Positions 34,406 through 44,347 of a DNA stretch of 64,000 nt are shown in pieces. Positions within the stretch are counted from its first letter, which is position 1. Each line of letters starts with the position of its first letter. The DNA is taken from positions 2,955,457 to 3,019,456 of the forward strand of contig OZ007013.1 of assembly GCA_963931455.1 (NCBI GenBank), given 5' to 3'. The notes beneath the pieces were generated by a model. It did no database searches and was not told where the DNA came from. It was given only the letters and a program-made list of their open reading frames with translations. Position numbers and translations under genes: made by a program. Origin of the DNA: an uncultured Faecalibacterium sp. (GTDB lineage Bacteria > Bacillota > Clostridia > Oscillospirales > Ruminococcaceae).

Positions 34406-34465
34406 GCATGGACCTATAGTAGCACAAAATGCCGGGTTTTGCAAGCCTTCCGGCCCGGGCCCTGA

Positions 34466-35800
34466 TTACGGGGTCAGGCGGTTGGGGCCGCGGAACAGGA
34501 ACATGCACTCCTTGATGGTCAGGCCAACCAGCAGCATGGTCAGGCGGTCAACGCCCATGCCGAAGCCGCCGTGGGGCGGGCAGCCATAGCGGAAGAACTC
34601 CAGGTAGAATTCCACATCCTTGCCCAGACCCTTCTCCTCTGCCTGCTTCTTCAGCACCTCATAGCGATGCTCACGCTGTGCACCGGTGGTGATCTCCACG
34701 CCGCGCCAGATCAGGTCGTAGCCCTGGGGCACGCCGTTCTCATCCCGCATGTGGTAGAAGGCGCGCTTCTCAGCGTCGTAATCGGTGACAAACAGGAACT
34801 CGTGGTTGTAGTGCTTCTTGACCCAGTCGTAGCTCAGGCGCTCGGCCTCGGTGGTCAGGTCGCCCTTCTCGGAGTCGTCCACCTTGTAGCCGAAGTCCTC
34901 TTCCAGGCCCTTGTACAGGTCGGCCAGCTTGACCACCGGGAACGGGGTCTCGGGCACGATCACGGGCAGGCCGAAGGTCTCCTCGATCTCCTTGCCGTAG
35001 GCGTCCTTCACAGCCTGGAGGGCATACTTCAGCAGCTCCTCCTCCATCTGCATCACATCGCGGAAGGAGTTGATGTAGCTGAACTCCAGATCAAAGCCGG
35101 TGAACTCGGTGGTGTGCTTGTTGGTGTAGGATTTTTCGGCGCGGAACACAGGGCCCACCTCGAAGATCCGCTCAAAGCCGCTGGCCATGGCCATCTGCTT
35201 GTAGAACTGAGGGCTCTGGGCCAGGTAGGCATTGCGGTCAAAGTAGTCCACCTTGAACACCTCCGAGCCGCTCTCGCTGGCAGCAGCGATCAGCTTGGGG
35301 GTGTGGATCTCGATGAAGTTCTTGTCCAGCAGGAACTTGCGCATGGCGTTGACCAGGACGGTCTGAGCCTTGAACATCAGCTGGTTCTCATCGGTGCGCA
35401 GGTCAATCCAGCGGTAATCGATCCGCTGGTCGATGCTGGAGCGCTCCACTGCCTTCTTTTTCTTGGTGGCAGCGATCTCCTTGCGGACGATGGGCAGGGT
35501 GTCAGCGATGCTCTCAATCTGGATGGACTCGGGAATCATCTCGATGCCGCCCATCTTGACGTAGTCGTTGGCCATCACTTTGCCCACCACCGTGATGACC
35601 GAGTCAGCGGTCAGCTGGTCGATGGTGCCCACCAGGTCGGGGTGGTCCTCTTTCTCAATGGTGATCTGGAGCTTGCCGGTGATATCCTTCAGCACAATGA
35701 AGGCCATGGCCTTGCTGCTGCGAAGGTTTTCGATGAAGCCCTGCACCTTGACGGTTTCGTCAATGTGGTTCCGGACTTCGGAAATATAGGTGCGATCCAT
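34466..35800 (-). CDS. aspS: Aspartate-tRNA ligase, short archaeal-type (probably non-discriminating)
   Basis: About 444 aa with no GAD insertion; motifs YLAQSPQFYKQ, FRAEKS..NKH.TEF, YGCPPHGGFG.G..R. Confidence 0.85.
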   Translation of the reverse strand: MDRTYISEVRNHIDETVKVQGFIENLRSSKAMAFIVLKDITGKLQITIEKEDHPDLVGTIDQLTADSVITVVGKVMANDYVKMGGIEMIPESIQIESIADTLPIVRKEIAATKKKKAVERSSIDQRIDYRWIDLRTDENQLMFKAQTVLVNAMRKFLLDKNFIEIHTPKLIAAASESGSEVFKVDYFDRNAYLAQSPQFYKQMAMASGFERIFEVGPVFRAEKSYTNKHTTEFTGFDLEFSYINSFRDVMQMEEELLKYALQAVKDAYGKEIEETFGLPVIVPETPFPVVKLADLYKGLEEDFGYKVDDSEKGDLTTEAERLSYDWVKKHYNHEFLFVTDYDAEKRAFYHMRDENGVPQGYDLIWRGVEITTGAQREHRYEVLKKQAEEKGLGKDVEFYLEFFRYGCPPHGGFGMGVDRLTMLLVGLTIKECMFLFRGPNRLTP

Positions 35801-35990
35801 TCCAATCCTCCCAAATGTGCGGCCCATTCAAGACCACACTGTCGTTCTATGGTATAACAGCTCTATTATACTGTATTTCAAGGCAAAATCAAGCGAAAAT
35901 CTTGTTCCCGCCGCTGAAATGCCGCTTTTTTTGCAGCAAAAAGGCACGGGCCGCTTTTCCCGAAGGGACGCAGCGCCGTGCCTTTTGGAT

Positions 35991-37319
35991 TCATTCTTCC
36001 TGATTGGCCTGGTCCGGGGCAGGCTGCTGGGGTTTCTTTTCCACCACGGCCATCTCCACCCGGTGGCCGGTGACATTTTTCACATCGATGGAAAGGCCGT
36101 AGCCCTCGCAGGTGAACTGCTCCCCTTCATCAGGCACCCGGCCCACAATGCCGCAGACCATGCCGTTGAAGGTTTCATGCTCATCGGTGGGCAGCTGAAC
36201 CTCCAGCTCCTCTGCCACCTCTTCCAGGGAGGCGGAGCCGCGGATTTCCCAGCAGTTCTCCCCAATCTTCTGGATTTCCACCTGGCGGACGGTGTCCTCG
36301 TCGTCCATGGTGCCCACCAGTTCCTCCATCAGGTCGTGGACGGTGACAATGCCGCTCATGCCGCCATATTCGTCGATGACGATGGCGAAATAATTGTGCT
36401 CCTGCTTCATCCGGGTGAACAGGGCGTCGGCCCGGATGCCCTCGGGCACAAAGAAGGGCTTATCCACCGCGTGCTTCATCACCGACCGGCGGGACAGATC
36501 CTCCAGCCGGAAATAATCCTTGGTGTTCAGGACGCCCACCACATCGTCCTGGCTCTGACCGCAGACCGGGAAGTATGTAAAGCGGCTGTCCCGGATGGTC
36601 CGGGCCCAGACGTCCATCCCGTCGCTCAGGTAGAGGCAGACCACATCCCGGCGGCGGGTGCTGACCTCCTCGGCGGTGGTGTCATTGAGCTCGAACACGT
36701 TCTGGATGATCTCGTTTTCGTCGTTTTGGATGGTGCCCTGCTGGCTGCCCTCCATCAGCATCATTTTGATTTCATCCTCGGTGACCAGCTCCTGGTTCTG
36801 GTTGGGATCCACCCCCAGCCCACGCAGCAGGCCGTTGGTGGAGGCAGTCAGCAGCCACACCAGCGGTGCACACAGACGCGACATAAAATACAGGATGCCC
36901 GACAGGCCCAGGGCCAGGCTCTCAGATTCTTTCATGGCCAGCCGCTTGGGCACCAGCTCGCCGAACACAATGCTGAAATAGGTCAGCACCAGGGTAATCA
37001 GCACCACCACAGCCGAGCGCAGAGCGCTGCGGGGCACAGCCAGCTGCAGGCCCATCAGCTGATCCACAATGGGATCGGCAAAGTTTCCTGCTGCGAACGC
37101 GCCGCCCAGCAGGCCGGCCAGGGTGATGGCCACCTGGATGGTGGCCAGGAATTTTGCCGGCTGTCTGGTCAACGCCATCAGCCGCTTGGCCCGCTTGTCT
37201 CCGTCCTCTGCCAGGACTTTCAGACGGGTCTCACTCATGGAAATGACTGCGATCTCCGAGCTGGCAAACAGCGCGTTGACCCCAATCAGGATGATTTGTA
37301 ATAGAAATGCGCCAATCAT
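35991..37319 (-). CDS. HlyC/CorC (CNNM) family transporter with CBS and CorC_HlyC domains
   Basis: Motifs LFASSEIAV, FGELVPKRLA, VIDEYGGMSGIVT.HDLMEELVG. Start is 37319 or 37334. Confidence 0.92.
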   Translation of the reverse strand: MIGAFLLQIILIGVNALFASSEIAVISMSETRLKVLAEDGDKRAKRLMALTRQPAKFLATIQVAITLAGLLGGAFAAGNFADPIVDQLMGLQLAVPRSALRSAVVVLITLVLTYFSIVFGELVPKRLAMKESESLALGLSGILYFMSRLCAPLVWLLTASTNGLLRGLGVDPNQNQELVTEDEIKMMLMEGSQQGTIQNDENEIIQNVFELNDTTAEEVSTRRRDVVCLYLSDGMDVWARTIRDSRFTYFPVCGQSQDDVVGVLNTKDYFRLEDLSRRSVMKHAVDKPFFVPEGIRADALFTRMKQEHNYFAIVIDEYGGMSGIVTVHDLMEELVGTMDDEDTVRQVEIQKIGENCWEIRGSASLEEVAEELEVQLPTDEHETFNGMVCGIVGRVPDEGEQFTCEGYGLSIDVKNVTGHRVEMAVVEKKPQQPAPDQANQEE

Positions 37320-37359
37320 TGAGATATTCTCCATTCTTTGTTCTGTCGGTTTGAAACAC

Positions 37360-37548
37360 AAAAAGCACAGTCCGCAGCTTGCCAAAAGCGCAGACTATGC
37401 CTCACAAATTCATCCGATTCATCACACGCCGTGGAGAAACAAAGGCTGCCGTATGGGGATCCCCATCCGAACCGTCTTCCATGGAACGTCCACACCTCTC
37501 TTTCTGTATAATCAAATGAATTATACCACTTCAAAAGAGAGATGTCAA
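37360..37548 (-). promoter_or_regulatory. Consensus promoter, 26-codon leader ORF and leader terminator
   Basis: TTGACA-17-TATAAT (37548-37520); ORF 37482-37402; 11-bp stem plus T-tract at 37400-37360. Confidence 0.55.
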
Positions 37549-37557
37549 CGCGGCGCC

Positions 37558-38514
37558 TTACACCGGCAGCTCGGCCCCCAGCCGGTCTGCGATGGCCTGG
37601 GGCGCCAGGCCTTCGCCGATGACAATCAGCACTTCCTGCCCCTGGGGGATGGGGCAGAAGGTGAACTGATCCCGGGTGGCGTTCAGTTTCAGCCATCCGC
37701 CGCCGGCGGGCAGAAAGCCCTTGACCCGAAAGATTTTTCCGCAGGCCGGGTCCTGCCAGAGAGATTTCACCCGGCGGCGCAGCTCCTCCGGGGACAGATC
37801 CAGATGGAGGAAATACACCGACTCAAAGCCACCGGCTTTGGCACCCGGCAGGCTCTCTTTGCGGTAACTGGTCTGCTTCCAGCCGCAGGAAGCCAGCCGC
37901 TGGAAATCGGCGTCGGTGAGGCTGTCCCAGTCTTTGGCCAGGACCTCTTCCCCGCTGCCAAACCGCCGGGCGCAGCCGGCAGCCTCCAGCGCCCGGTCCA
38001 GATGGGCCAGGGAGGCAGCGGCCCGCTCCGGGCCGGCTTCCTTGTATTTGCTGAGGACGATGCAGCCGGCCTCAGCGGCCTCGCTGGCCAGCAGATACTC
38101 GGCCTCGGGAGAAAGATGTTCTTCCAGGCCGGCATCCAGCACCGTGATGACGCTCCCCGGCTGATACCACCGGTCCACCGGCGACTCACACAGGGCGTCA
38201 AAGAATTCATCCACATCATAGATGCCGGAAGGCTCCACCAGCACCCGGTCATACCCCAGCATCCCCATGGCAATCAGTTTGGTGCGGAACCGCCGCTTGT
38301 GGCAGTCGGCGTCGCAGCCCCCCGAGATCATTTCCAGGTCGCACTGGGGTCCTTCCAGGTCCTGCAGCAGCATCCGGTCCACATTGACAGCGCCATAGTC
38401 GTTTTCCAGGATGCCGATCTTCTGGCCCTGGTCCATCAGCCAGCGGGCATAACGGCGGATCAGCGTGGTCTTGCCCGCACCCAAAAAGCCTGTGATCAGA
38501 TCAATCTTTATCAT
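37558..38514 (-). CDS. CobW/COG0523-family GTPase
   Basis: Motifs LITGFLGAGKTT, ENDYG, VEPSG, RVKGF. Confidence 0.9.
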   Translation of the reverse strand: MIKIDLITGFLGAGKTTLIRRYARWLMDQGQKIGILENDYGAVNVDRMLLQDLEGPQCDLEMISGGCDADCHKRRFRTKLIAMGMLGYDRVLVEPSGIYDVDEFFDALCESPVDRWYQPGSVITVLDAGLEEHLSPEAEYLLASEAAEAGCIVLSKYKEAGPERAAASLAHLDRALEAAGCARRFGSGEEVLAKDWDSLTDADFQRLASCGWKQTSYRKESLPGAKAGGFESVYFLHLDLSPEELRRRVKSLWQDPACGKIFRVKGFLPAGGGWLKLNATRDQFTFCPIPQGQEVLIVIGEGLAPQAIADRLGAELPV

Positions 38515-38647
38515 ACCTTTTCCCTCCGGAACCGATGGTTTGTTCGGACTTATTATAGCAAAATCCGGCCAAAAGGCAACCGGCCCCCTGCACACAAAAG
38601 CCCCCGGCGGGCCTGAAACCCAACCGGGGGCAAAGAATGTGAAGCCA

Positions 38648-39964
38648 TCAGGCCAGCGGATCCCACAGCTTCATGGGCAGAGGCTCCTGGTTCAGCAGGG
38701 CGCGCTGGGCCGGGCTCAGCAGGTCCTTGCGGATGACAGTCTGGTAGACATAGGCCTTGAACCACTTCTCGCTGCCGATGAAGTAGCCCTTCTGGCCCGA
38801 GGCGTCCCCCCAGCTATTTTCAATCTTCCAGCGGTCGGGTTTGCCGGTTTCGTCCAGATTGACGCCGCAGAACAGCATGCAGTGGTTCATGGTGCTCTCC
38901 CGGCTGGACAGCCGCGCGGCTTTGTCCATCTCCAGATCCAGGCCCCCCAGCACCTGGCCGTACTGGAAGCAGTCGGGGTCCCAGTAGCCGTGGTCACGGT
39001 CCCGGTCGGGGTGGCAGTCACAGCTGAAGCAGACCGGCTCCCCTGCCTGCAGCTGCCGGACGGTCAGCGCCTCCATCTCCTCCTGGCTTAGATTCAGCCA
39101 GAACATGTTTTCTTCCACCACATCCCCCATGCCGGGCTGGCAGTAGGTGCGGTTCATCTCGTGGATGGGCGAGGAAATCACCGGCACATAGGCGCTGAAA
39201 TCGTAGTGGACGTACTTTTCAAAGAAGGTCTTGGGGGTCAGGCCGGTGTCGCAGTGATAGGTTTTATCCTTGTCGGTATAGGCAAAGTCAAAGGTCCTGG
39301 GCGGCTGGCCATAGAGGATGCACAGGGCGTTGTAATCCTCCTGGAGCATCTCGGTGCGGCGGGCCGCCGTATCCCTGCCGGCCCGGGCCAGCTGACGCAG
39401 CTCCAGGGCATCCTTCCGCAGCTTGCGGCTCAGAATGGGCATGTACTGGGCCGTGCCGGTGGAATGGACATTTTCCGGCATCACCCACGACGGCACCACG
39501 CCGTATTTCCGGATCAGGCTGGCCACCATATCCCACTGGCCGCCGTCGGGCAGCGGTTTGCCCAGCAGAGTCCAGGTTTCCCGGTCATCCAGGTCCTGGT
39601 CTGCATAGTGCAGAATGTTCTCATAGAACAGGTTGCACTTTTCCAGCTTGTCGTAGAAGGCCAGATAGGTGGGCGAGAAGGAAAAATCCTCCAGATTGCA
39701 CTCCCGGATCACCTGCTCCCGCAGGGCGTTCAGCACCATGAACATCCAGCAGCGGCCGCTCTTTTTCTGGTTGGTGATGCCGGTGGTGGGCACCACCACC
39801 GAGAAGTCCATCCGCAGTTTGGCAGCGGCAGAGGGCACAAACGAAGCATCGTCCAGGCTGGTGCGGCTGATGGCGTTGGACATCACGGCCAGATAGGGCC
39901 GGTCGGCATAGCCTTGCTCAAACCGGGACAGCAGTTCAGAGCTGATGGGGGTAACTTGATCCAT
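38648..39964 (-). CDS. pepC: Cysteine aminopeptidase C / bleomycin hydrolase family
   Basis: Motifs Q..SGRCW, NHCM, KIENSWG. Confidence 0.92.
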   Translation of the reverse strand: MDQVTPISSELLSRFEQGYADRPYLAVMSNAISRTSLDDASFVPSAAAKLRMDFSVVVPTTGITNQKKSGRCWMFMVLNALREQVIRECNLEDFSFSPTYLAFYDKLEKCNLFYENILHYADQDLDDRETWTLLGKPLPDGGQWDMVASLIRKYGVVPSWVMPENVHSTGTAQYMPILSRKLRKDALELRQLARAGRDTAARRTEMLQEDYNALCILYGQPPRTFDFAYTDKDKTYHCDTGLTPKTFFEKYVHYDFSAYVPVISSPIHEMNRTYCQPGMGDVVEENMFWLNLSQEEMEALTVRQLQAGEPVCFSCDCHPDRDRDHGYWDPDCFQYGQVLGGLDLEMDKAARLSSRESTMNHCMLFCGVNLDETGKPDRWKIENSWGDASGQKGYFIGSEKWFKAYVYQTVIRKDLLSPAQRALLNQEPLPMKLWDPLA

Positions 39965-40067
39965 AAAGCATTCACGATCCTTTTCCTATGATTTCACTTC
40001 GGTTTCCCAGTATAGTAGCCATCGAGCCTTTTTGCAAGCCCATTTTCGACAAAAACCGCTCCCCTTT

Positions 40068-41912
40068 TCAGCCAATGTGGTACATCTTCATCCAGTCATT
40101 CACCTGCAAAAAGTAGGCGATCATCTGGGGCCCCGCCATCAGCTGGCCAAACCAGGGTTTGCCGTAGTCCTTGGGCTGGGCGAGAAAGCGCTCTGCCTTG
40201 TTCCGGTCCAGAAAGCGGTGGACCGGCGCCTGGGGGTCGGCCAGAACCTGCCGGAATGCCTCGGTCAGCAGGGCCTCATACACCGGGGAATAGGTTTTGG
40301 GATAGGGGCTCTTTTTCCGGTACAGCAGCGCGGGGGGCAGCAGATCCCTGCAGGCATCCCGCAGCAGCTTTTTCTCCATCCCATCCTGGTATTTCATCTC
40401 CCAGGGCACATTGTAGACGTACTCCACAATCCGATGGTCGGCAAAGGGCACCCGGGCTTCCAGCCCCCAGGCCATGCTGGTGCGGTCCATCCGGTCCAGC
40501 AAAGTCTGCATGAACCAGCGCAGGTTCAGATAGCCCATCTCCCGCCGGCGCTTTGCCGGGCCCTGCTCCCCCGGCAGGACCGGGGTTTGGGCCAGGGTGT
40601 CCAGGTACCGCTGGCGGACATACTCTTCCAGATCCAGCGCCCGGATGGCTTCCTCCGACAGCAGAACCGTCCGGGCCGACAGGTCCGGCGACCAGGGGAA
40701 GCCGTCTGCTTCCAGCAGCTCTTTGCGGTAAAACCAGGGGTAGCCGCCAAAAATCTCGTCGGCACACTCCCCGGTCAGCGCCACCTTGTTGTGCTGTTTG
40801 ACCAGGCCGCAGAAATACAGCAGCGAAGCGTCCACATCGGTCATGCCCGGCAGATCTTTCATCCGGACGGCGTCTTTCAACATACCGGCCAGGGTAACCT
40901 CATCACACTCCAGGTAGGTGTGGTGCAGCGGGTAGAGGGCCAGCACCTGGTCCACATAAGGCCGGTCCCGGGTGGGCTGGAAGGCGTTGGCCTGGAAGCA
41001 GTCGTCGTTGTGGGCAAAGTCAAAGGAAAAGGTGTTGAGGGTATGGCCCTCGGCTGCCAGCTCCCGGCAGGCAAGGGCGGTGACCACGCTGGAATCAACG
41101 CCGCCGGACAAAAAGCTGCACACCGGCACATCCGACACCAGCTGGCGCTTCACTGCATCCCGCAGCAGCCAGGAGACCTTTTCCACCGTCTGGGCGTAGG
41201 TATCGGTGTAGGGCCGGGCCTCCAGGGTCCAGTAGGGATATTCCCGCATCCGTCCCCCGGTGCAGGCCACGATACAGCCCGGCTTCACCTCCCGCAGGCC
41301 GCAGAACACCCCGCAGCCGGGGGTGCGGGCCGGGCCCAGGCCGAAAATTTCCCGGAAGCTGTCCAGATCTGCCCGGGGTTGAATCTGCGGGTGGGCAAAC
41401 AGGGCTTTGGGCTCTGAGCCAAACACCAGCCCATCCTCCCGGGCCGCGTAAAACAGCGGTTTGACCCCCATCCGGTCCCGGCAAAGAAAGAGGGTATCCT
41501 TTGCCCCGTCCCAGATGGCAAAGGCATAAATCCCGTTGAGCTTTTGGGCAATCTCCATGCCGTATTCCATATAGCCCCAGAGGATCACCTCGGTATCACA
41601 GGTGGTCTCAAACCGGCAGCCCCGGCCCTGCAAATCCCGCTTGAGTTCGGCGGCGTTGTAGATTTCCCCGTTGTAGACGATGGCACACTCCCGCTCTCCC
41701 TGCCGGCGCACCATGGGCTGGGCGCCGCCGGCCAGGTCCCGGATGGACAGCCGGGTGTGGGCAAGCCCCACATGGGGCTTCAGATATTCCCCTGTCTGGT
41801 CGCGGCCCCGGTGGGCAATGGCCTGCCGCATCTGGATGAGGACCCGGTTCCACATCCCGGCATGTTCAAGAAAATCTGTCTTGAAATCACAAAATCCCGC
41901 AATTCCGCACAT
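40068..41912 (-). CDS. asnB: Asparagine synthase (glutamine-hydrolysing)
   Basis: N-terminal MCGIAG, motifs YNGEIYN, LSGG.DSS, TGECADEIFGGY, EARVPF. Confidence 0.95.
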   Translation of the reverse strand: MCGIAGFCDFKTDFLEHAGMWNRVLIQMRQAIAHRGRDQTGEYLKPHVGLAHTRLSIRDLAGGAQPMVRRQGERECAIVYNGEIYNAAELKRDLQGRGCRFETTCDTEVILWGYMEYGMEIAQKLNGIYAFAIWDGAKDTLFLCRDRMGVKPLFYAAREDGLVFGSEPKALFAHPQIQPRADLDSFREIFGLGPARTPGCGVFCGLREVKPGCIVACTGGRMREYPYWTLEARPYTDTYAQTVEKVSWLLRDAVKRQLVSDVPVCSFLSGGVDSSVVTALACRELAAEGHTLNTFSFDFAHNDDCFQANAFQPTRDRPYVDQVLALYPLHHTYLECDEVTLAGMLKDAVRMKDLPGMTDVDASLLYFCGLVKQHNKVALTGECADEIFGGYPWFYRKELLEADGFPWSPDLSARTVLLSEEAIRALDLEEYVRQRYLDTLAQTPVLPGEQGPAKRRREMGYLNLRWFMQTLLDRMDRTSMAWGLEARVPFADHRIVEYVYNVPWEMKYQDGMEKKLLRDACRDLLPPALLYRKKSPYPKTYSPVYEALLTEAFRQVLADPQAPVHRFLDRNKAERFLAQPKDYGKPWFGQLMAGPQMIAYFLQVNDWMKMYHIG

Positions 41913-41929
41913 ACATCGCACCTCACAGC

Positions 41930-41989
41930 AAAAATACAGGGTGCTCTCCCTCTCCGGCGAGCACCCTTGCTTCTGTCCCAGTATATTCT
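41930..41989 (-). promoter_or_regulatory. asnB leader: hexaloop hairpin overlapping a terminator (ANTAR-like)
   Basis: Hairpin AGC-AAGGGT-GCT (41971-41960) overlaps stem AGGGTGCTC/GAGCACCCT followed by a T-tract. Confidence 0.6.
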
Positions 41990-42017
41990 GTGTTTCGCTG
42001 TGTGATACAGGGAACCC

Positions 42018-43244
42018 TCAGGGACAGTTTTCCCCCGGCTGTTCCAGGGCCTTTTCCAGCTGCTCTGCTGCCGCCGCATCCTGGGGCGTGGCGGCTTCTC
42101 CATACCGGGCTTTCAGATAGAGCCGGCGCAGCTGCTGCTCCGCCTCCGGGTCCAGGAAAGGGGTCCGGCCCAGACGATCCAGGCTGGTCTCGGAGGGCTG
42201 CCGGTCCACGCCGTGATGGGCCTGGCGCTCCAGATATCTGCTGTAGGCTCGCCGAACCCTGGCGTTGGGGCTGAGGAAAAAGGATGGCCACCGCCGGCGG
42301 CCCCTGCGGGAGGCCTGCTGCATGCTGGCCGGGCCTTCCCCGGCCAGAGGGGCTTTGCTCCTGTGGAGCAAATGCCGGAACAGGATGATGCAGCCCGCCC
42401 CCAGCAGGAGAACCCCTGCCCCTTGCAGCAGCAGCTCGCCGTTCAGCAGCGGCCGGGCCGCCGGGGCAAAATTGTTGCTGCTGATGCTTTCCCCTGCGGC
42501 ACCCATCATGGAAGCTGCATCCTGGTTCCCGCTTCTGGAAGCTATCCAGTATAAAACCGCCGTGAAGGCGGGCAGAAGCAGATGTTCCGCCGCCCATGCC
42601 AGCATGGAAAGCGGAACGGTCAAAACCGGAACCGCCAGACCAAAATACACCGCTCCCACAGCAGACTGGGCCGCGCCCAGCACGGCAGGGCGGCTGACCA
42701 GAAAACCCAGCAGACCCAAAAGCATCATCCGCCCAGCATTCGCCAGCAAATAACCCGGGCTGCGGTATGTGGCCGGGGCCTGACGCAAAATCCGCAGCAG
42801 AAAGATTTGCAGCAGAACGGCCCAGACAGCCAAAGGCAGCGAAACCGTCAGCATGACCTGGCCGTTCCAGGCCAGGCTGAGGAGGATGGCAAAGGCAGGA
42901 TAAACCTTGCAGAACAGCAGAAAAACATCCGCCTGCCGGTCCGCCGAAAGGAGATACTCCCCCTTCCAGGCCAGGTACAGAGAATAGAAAGCGGCGGGCA
43001 GATACGCCGCCCGATCCACCCATCCCGGCACCAGCAGCAGGCCCAGCAGAGAAACCGCCCCGCAGACCGTCCGCAGGGTGCGGCGCTGGGAAAAGCAGGC
43101 CGACACACCATAACAGACCGCCGGCAAAAGCACAAGCAGGGGCACAGGCTGCCCCCCGAGGCAGGCCGCGAAAAAGGCCGCAAAGGCGCTGTAGACCAGC
43201 AGATCCCCTGCCATCCGCAGGGTGTAAAGCAGTGCGGTGGTCAT
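42018..43244 (-). CDS. Polytopic membrane protein with a DUF4129-like C-terminus
   Basis: Multiple TM helices; C-terminal VRRAY..YL...SET...LY.KARYG pattern. Confidence 0.7.
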   Translation of the reverse strand: MTTALLYTLRMAGDLLVYSAFAAFFAACLGGQPVPLLVLLPAVCYGVSACFSQRRTLRTVCGAVSLLGLLLVPGWVDRAAYLPAAFYSLYLAWKGEYLLSADRQADVFLLFCKVYPAFAILLSLAWNGQVMLTVSLPLAVWAVLLQIFLLRILRQAPATYRSPGYLLANAGRMMLLGLLGFLVSRPAVLGAAQSAVGAVYFGLAVPVLTVPLSMLAWAAEHLLLPAFTAVLYWIASRSGNQDAASMMGAAGESISSNNFAPAARPLLNGELLLQGAGVLLLGAGCIILFRHLLHRSKAPLAGEGPASMQQASRRGRRRWPSFFLSPNARVRRAYSRYLERQAHHGVDRQPSETSLDRLGRTPFLDPEAEQQLRRLYLKARYGEAATPQDAAAAEQLEKALEQPGENCP

Positions 43245-44347
43245 TCAGCATCCCCTTTCTCTGTCGGAAGTTCCGGCCTGAGAACCAAAAGGCTGCGGCC
43301 CGGCTCCAGGTGCAGGCAGGGCCGCACCCTTTCCTCCGGTTCGGTGGTAATCATAATGCAGCTGTCCTGGGTGCCTGGGGCGAAAGATTCGGCGCAGAAC
43401 TGCCCGCAGGATTCGGCGGGCTGACCCACGGCCCGGCCCAGAATTTCCAGGGCCCGGCGGAAATGTTCCGGCCCATAGCCCCGGCCGGTTTCCAGGGGTT
43501 TGTTCCATTGGCTGCCCGCCACCAGCGCCCCGCTGATCAGGACATCAAAGGTGGAATTCACCACCAGGCGGTAGATCACCGCTTTTTCCTCCAGCATGCG
43601 GCACACCGTCCGGGCCATGGAGTAGCACGCTTCCACTGCCGGCATCTGTTCTTCCGAAGGAGCATCGGCATGCACCAGCACCGTCACCCGGGGCTCGGTG
43701 GCAGCGTCATATTGTTTGCTGATCAGGCCCATCCCCCGGGCGCTCTGCTTCCAGGCGATGGACCGCATGGGGTCCTGGCTGGTGTAGGGCCGGCAGCCCG
43801 CCGTCAGGATGGGGTCCTGATACAGAAAGCGGTTGACCGCCAGCTCTCCCATCAGACCCCCCATGGCCGCATCCAGGGATGGAGAGACAGATTCCCGGGG
43901 CGGGACAACCAGTTCCTGCAGGCCGGTGACCCGCCGGGTCATCTCGGTCAGCCCCAGAAAATCCCCGCTGCCCAGATACAGGGGTTCCAGCAGATACCGC
44001 CCCCGCCGGGCCAGCCGCACTTCCAGCTGCCAGGAGGCCTGCCGGCGGGGCTTGAGCCAGGTTACAAGGCGGACGGTCCGCCCCCCGCCCAGAATATCTT
44101 TCTGGACAAAATCAGACGCCTGGGTTTCAAACGCCGGGTCCAGATGGAGTTTCAGGGAGACCAGGGGCCGGGGCCAGCTCTTTTGATTGGTGACTGTCAG
44201 GCGCAGCCGGGCTGGCTGGCCCGGTTCTGCCAGCAGGTCTTCCGGCACCATCCCTGCTTCCAGACCATCCAGTGCGTGTTTTTTGGAATGCGCCTGCAGG
44301 GCCAGCACCAGGATCACCAGCGCAGCTGCAAACACCAGGAATGTCAC
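43241..44347 (-). CDS. DUF58 family protein
   Basis: Motif RPY...D..R.IAWK.SAR; probable GTG start overlapping the moxR stop. Confidence 0.85.
   Translation of the reverse strand: MTFLVFAAALVILVLALQAHSKKHALDGLEAGMVPEDLLAEPGQPARLRLTVTNQKSWPRPLVSLKLHLDPAFETQASDFVQKDILGGGRTVRLVTWLKPRRQASWQLEVRLARRGRYLLEPLYLGSGDFLGLTEMTRRVTGLQELVVPPRESVSPSLDAAMGGLMGELAVNRFLYQDPILTAGCRPYTSQDPMRSIAWKQSARGMGLISKQYDAATEPRVTVLVHADAPSEEQMPAVEACYSMARTVCRMLEEKAVIYRLVVNSTFDVLISGALVAGSQWNKPLETGRGYGPEHFRRALEILGRAVGQPAESCGQFCAESFAPGTQDSCIMITTEPEERVRPCLHLEPGRSLLVLRPELPTEKGDAE

Noticed and set aside
30666-34589. Very long opposite-strand ORFs (also 102-1343, 3336-5459, 16645-18366, 18424-20586, 52886-55051, 55442-58726)
   Set aside because: Antisense shadows of well-supported genes, expected at high GC3; no RBS or motifs.
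37400-37515. M-box or yybP-ykoY riboswitch upstream of the CorC gene
   Set aside because: None of the conserved sequence blocks are recognisable.
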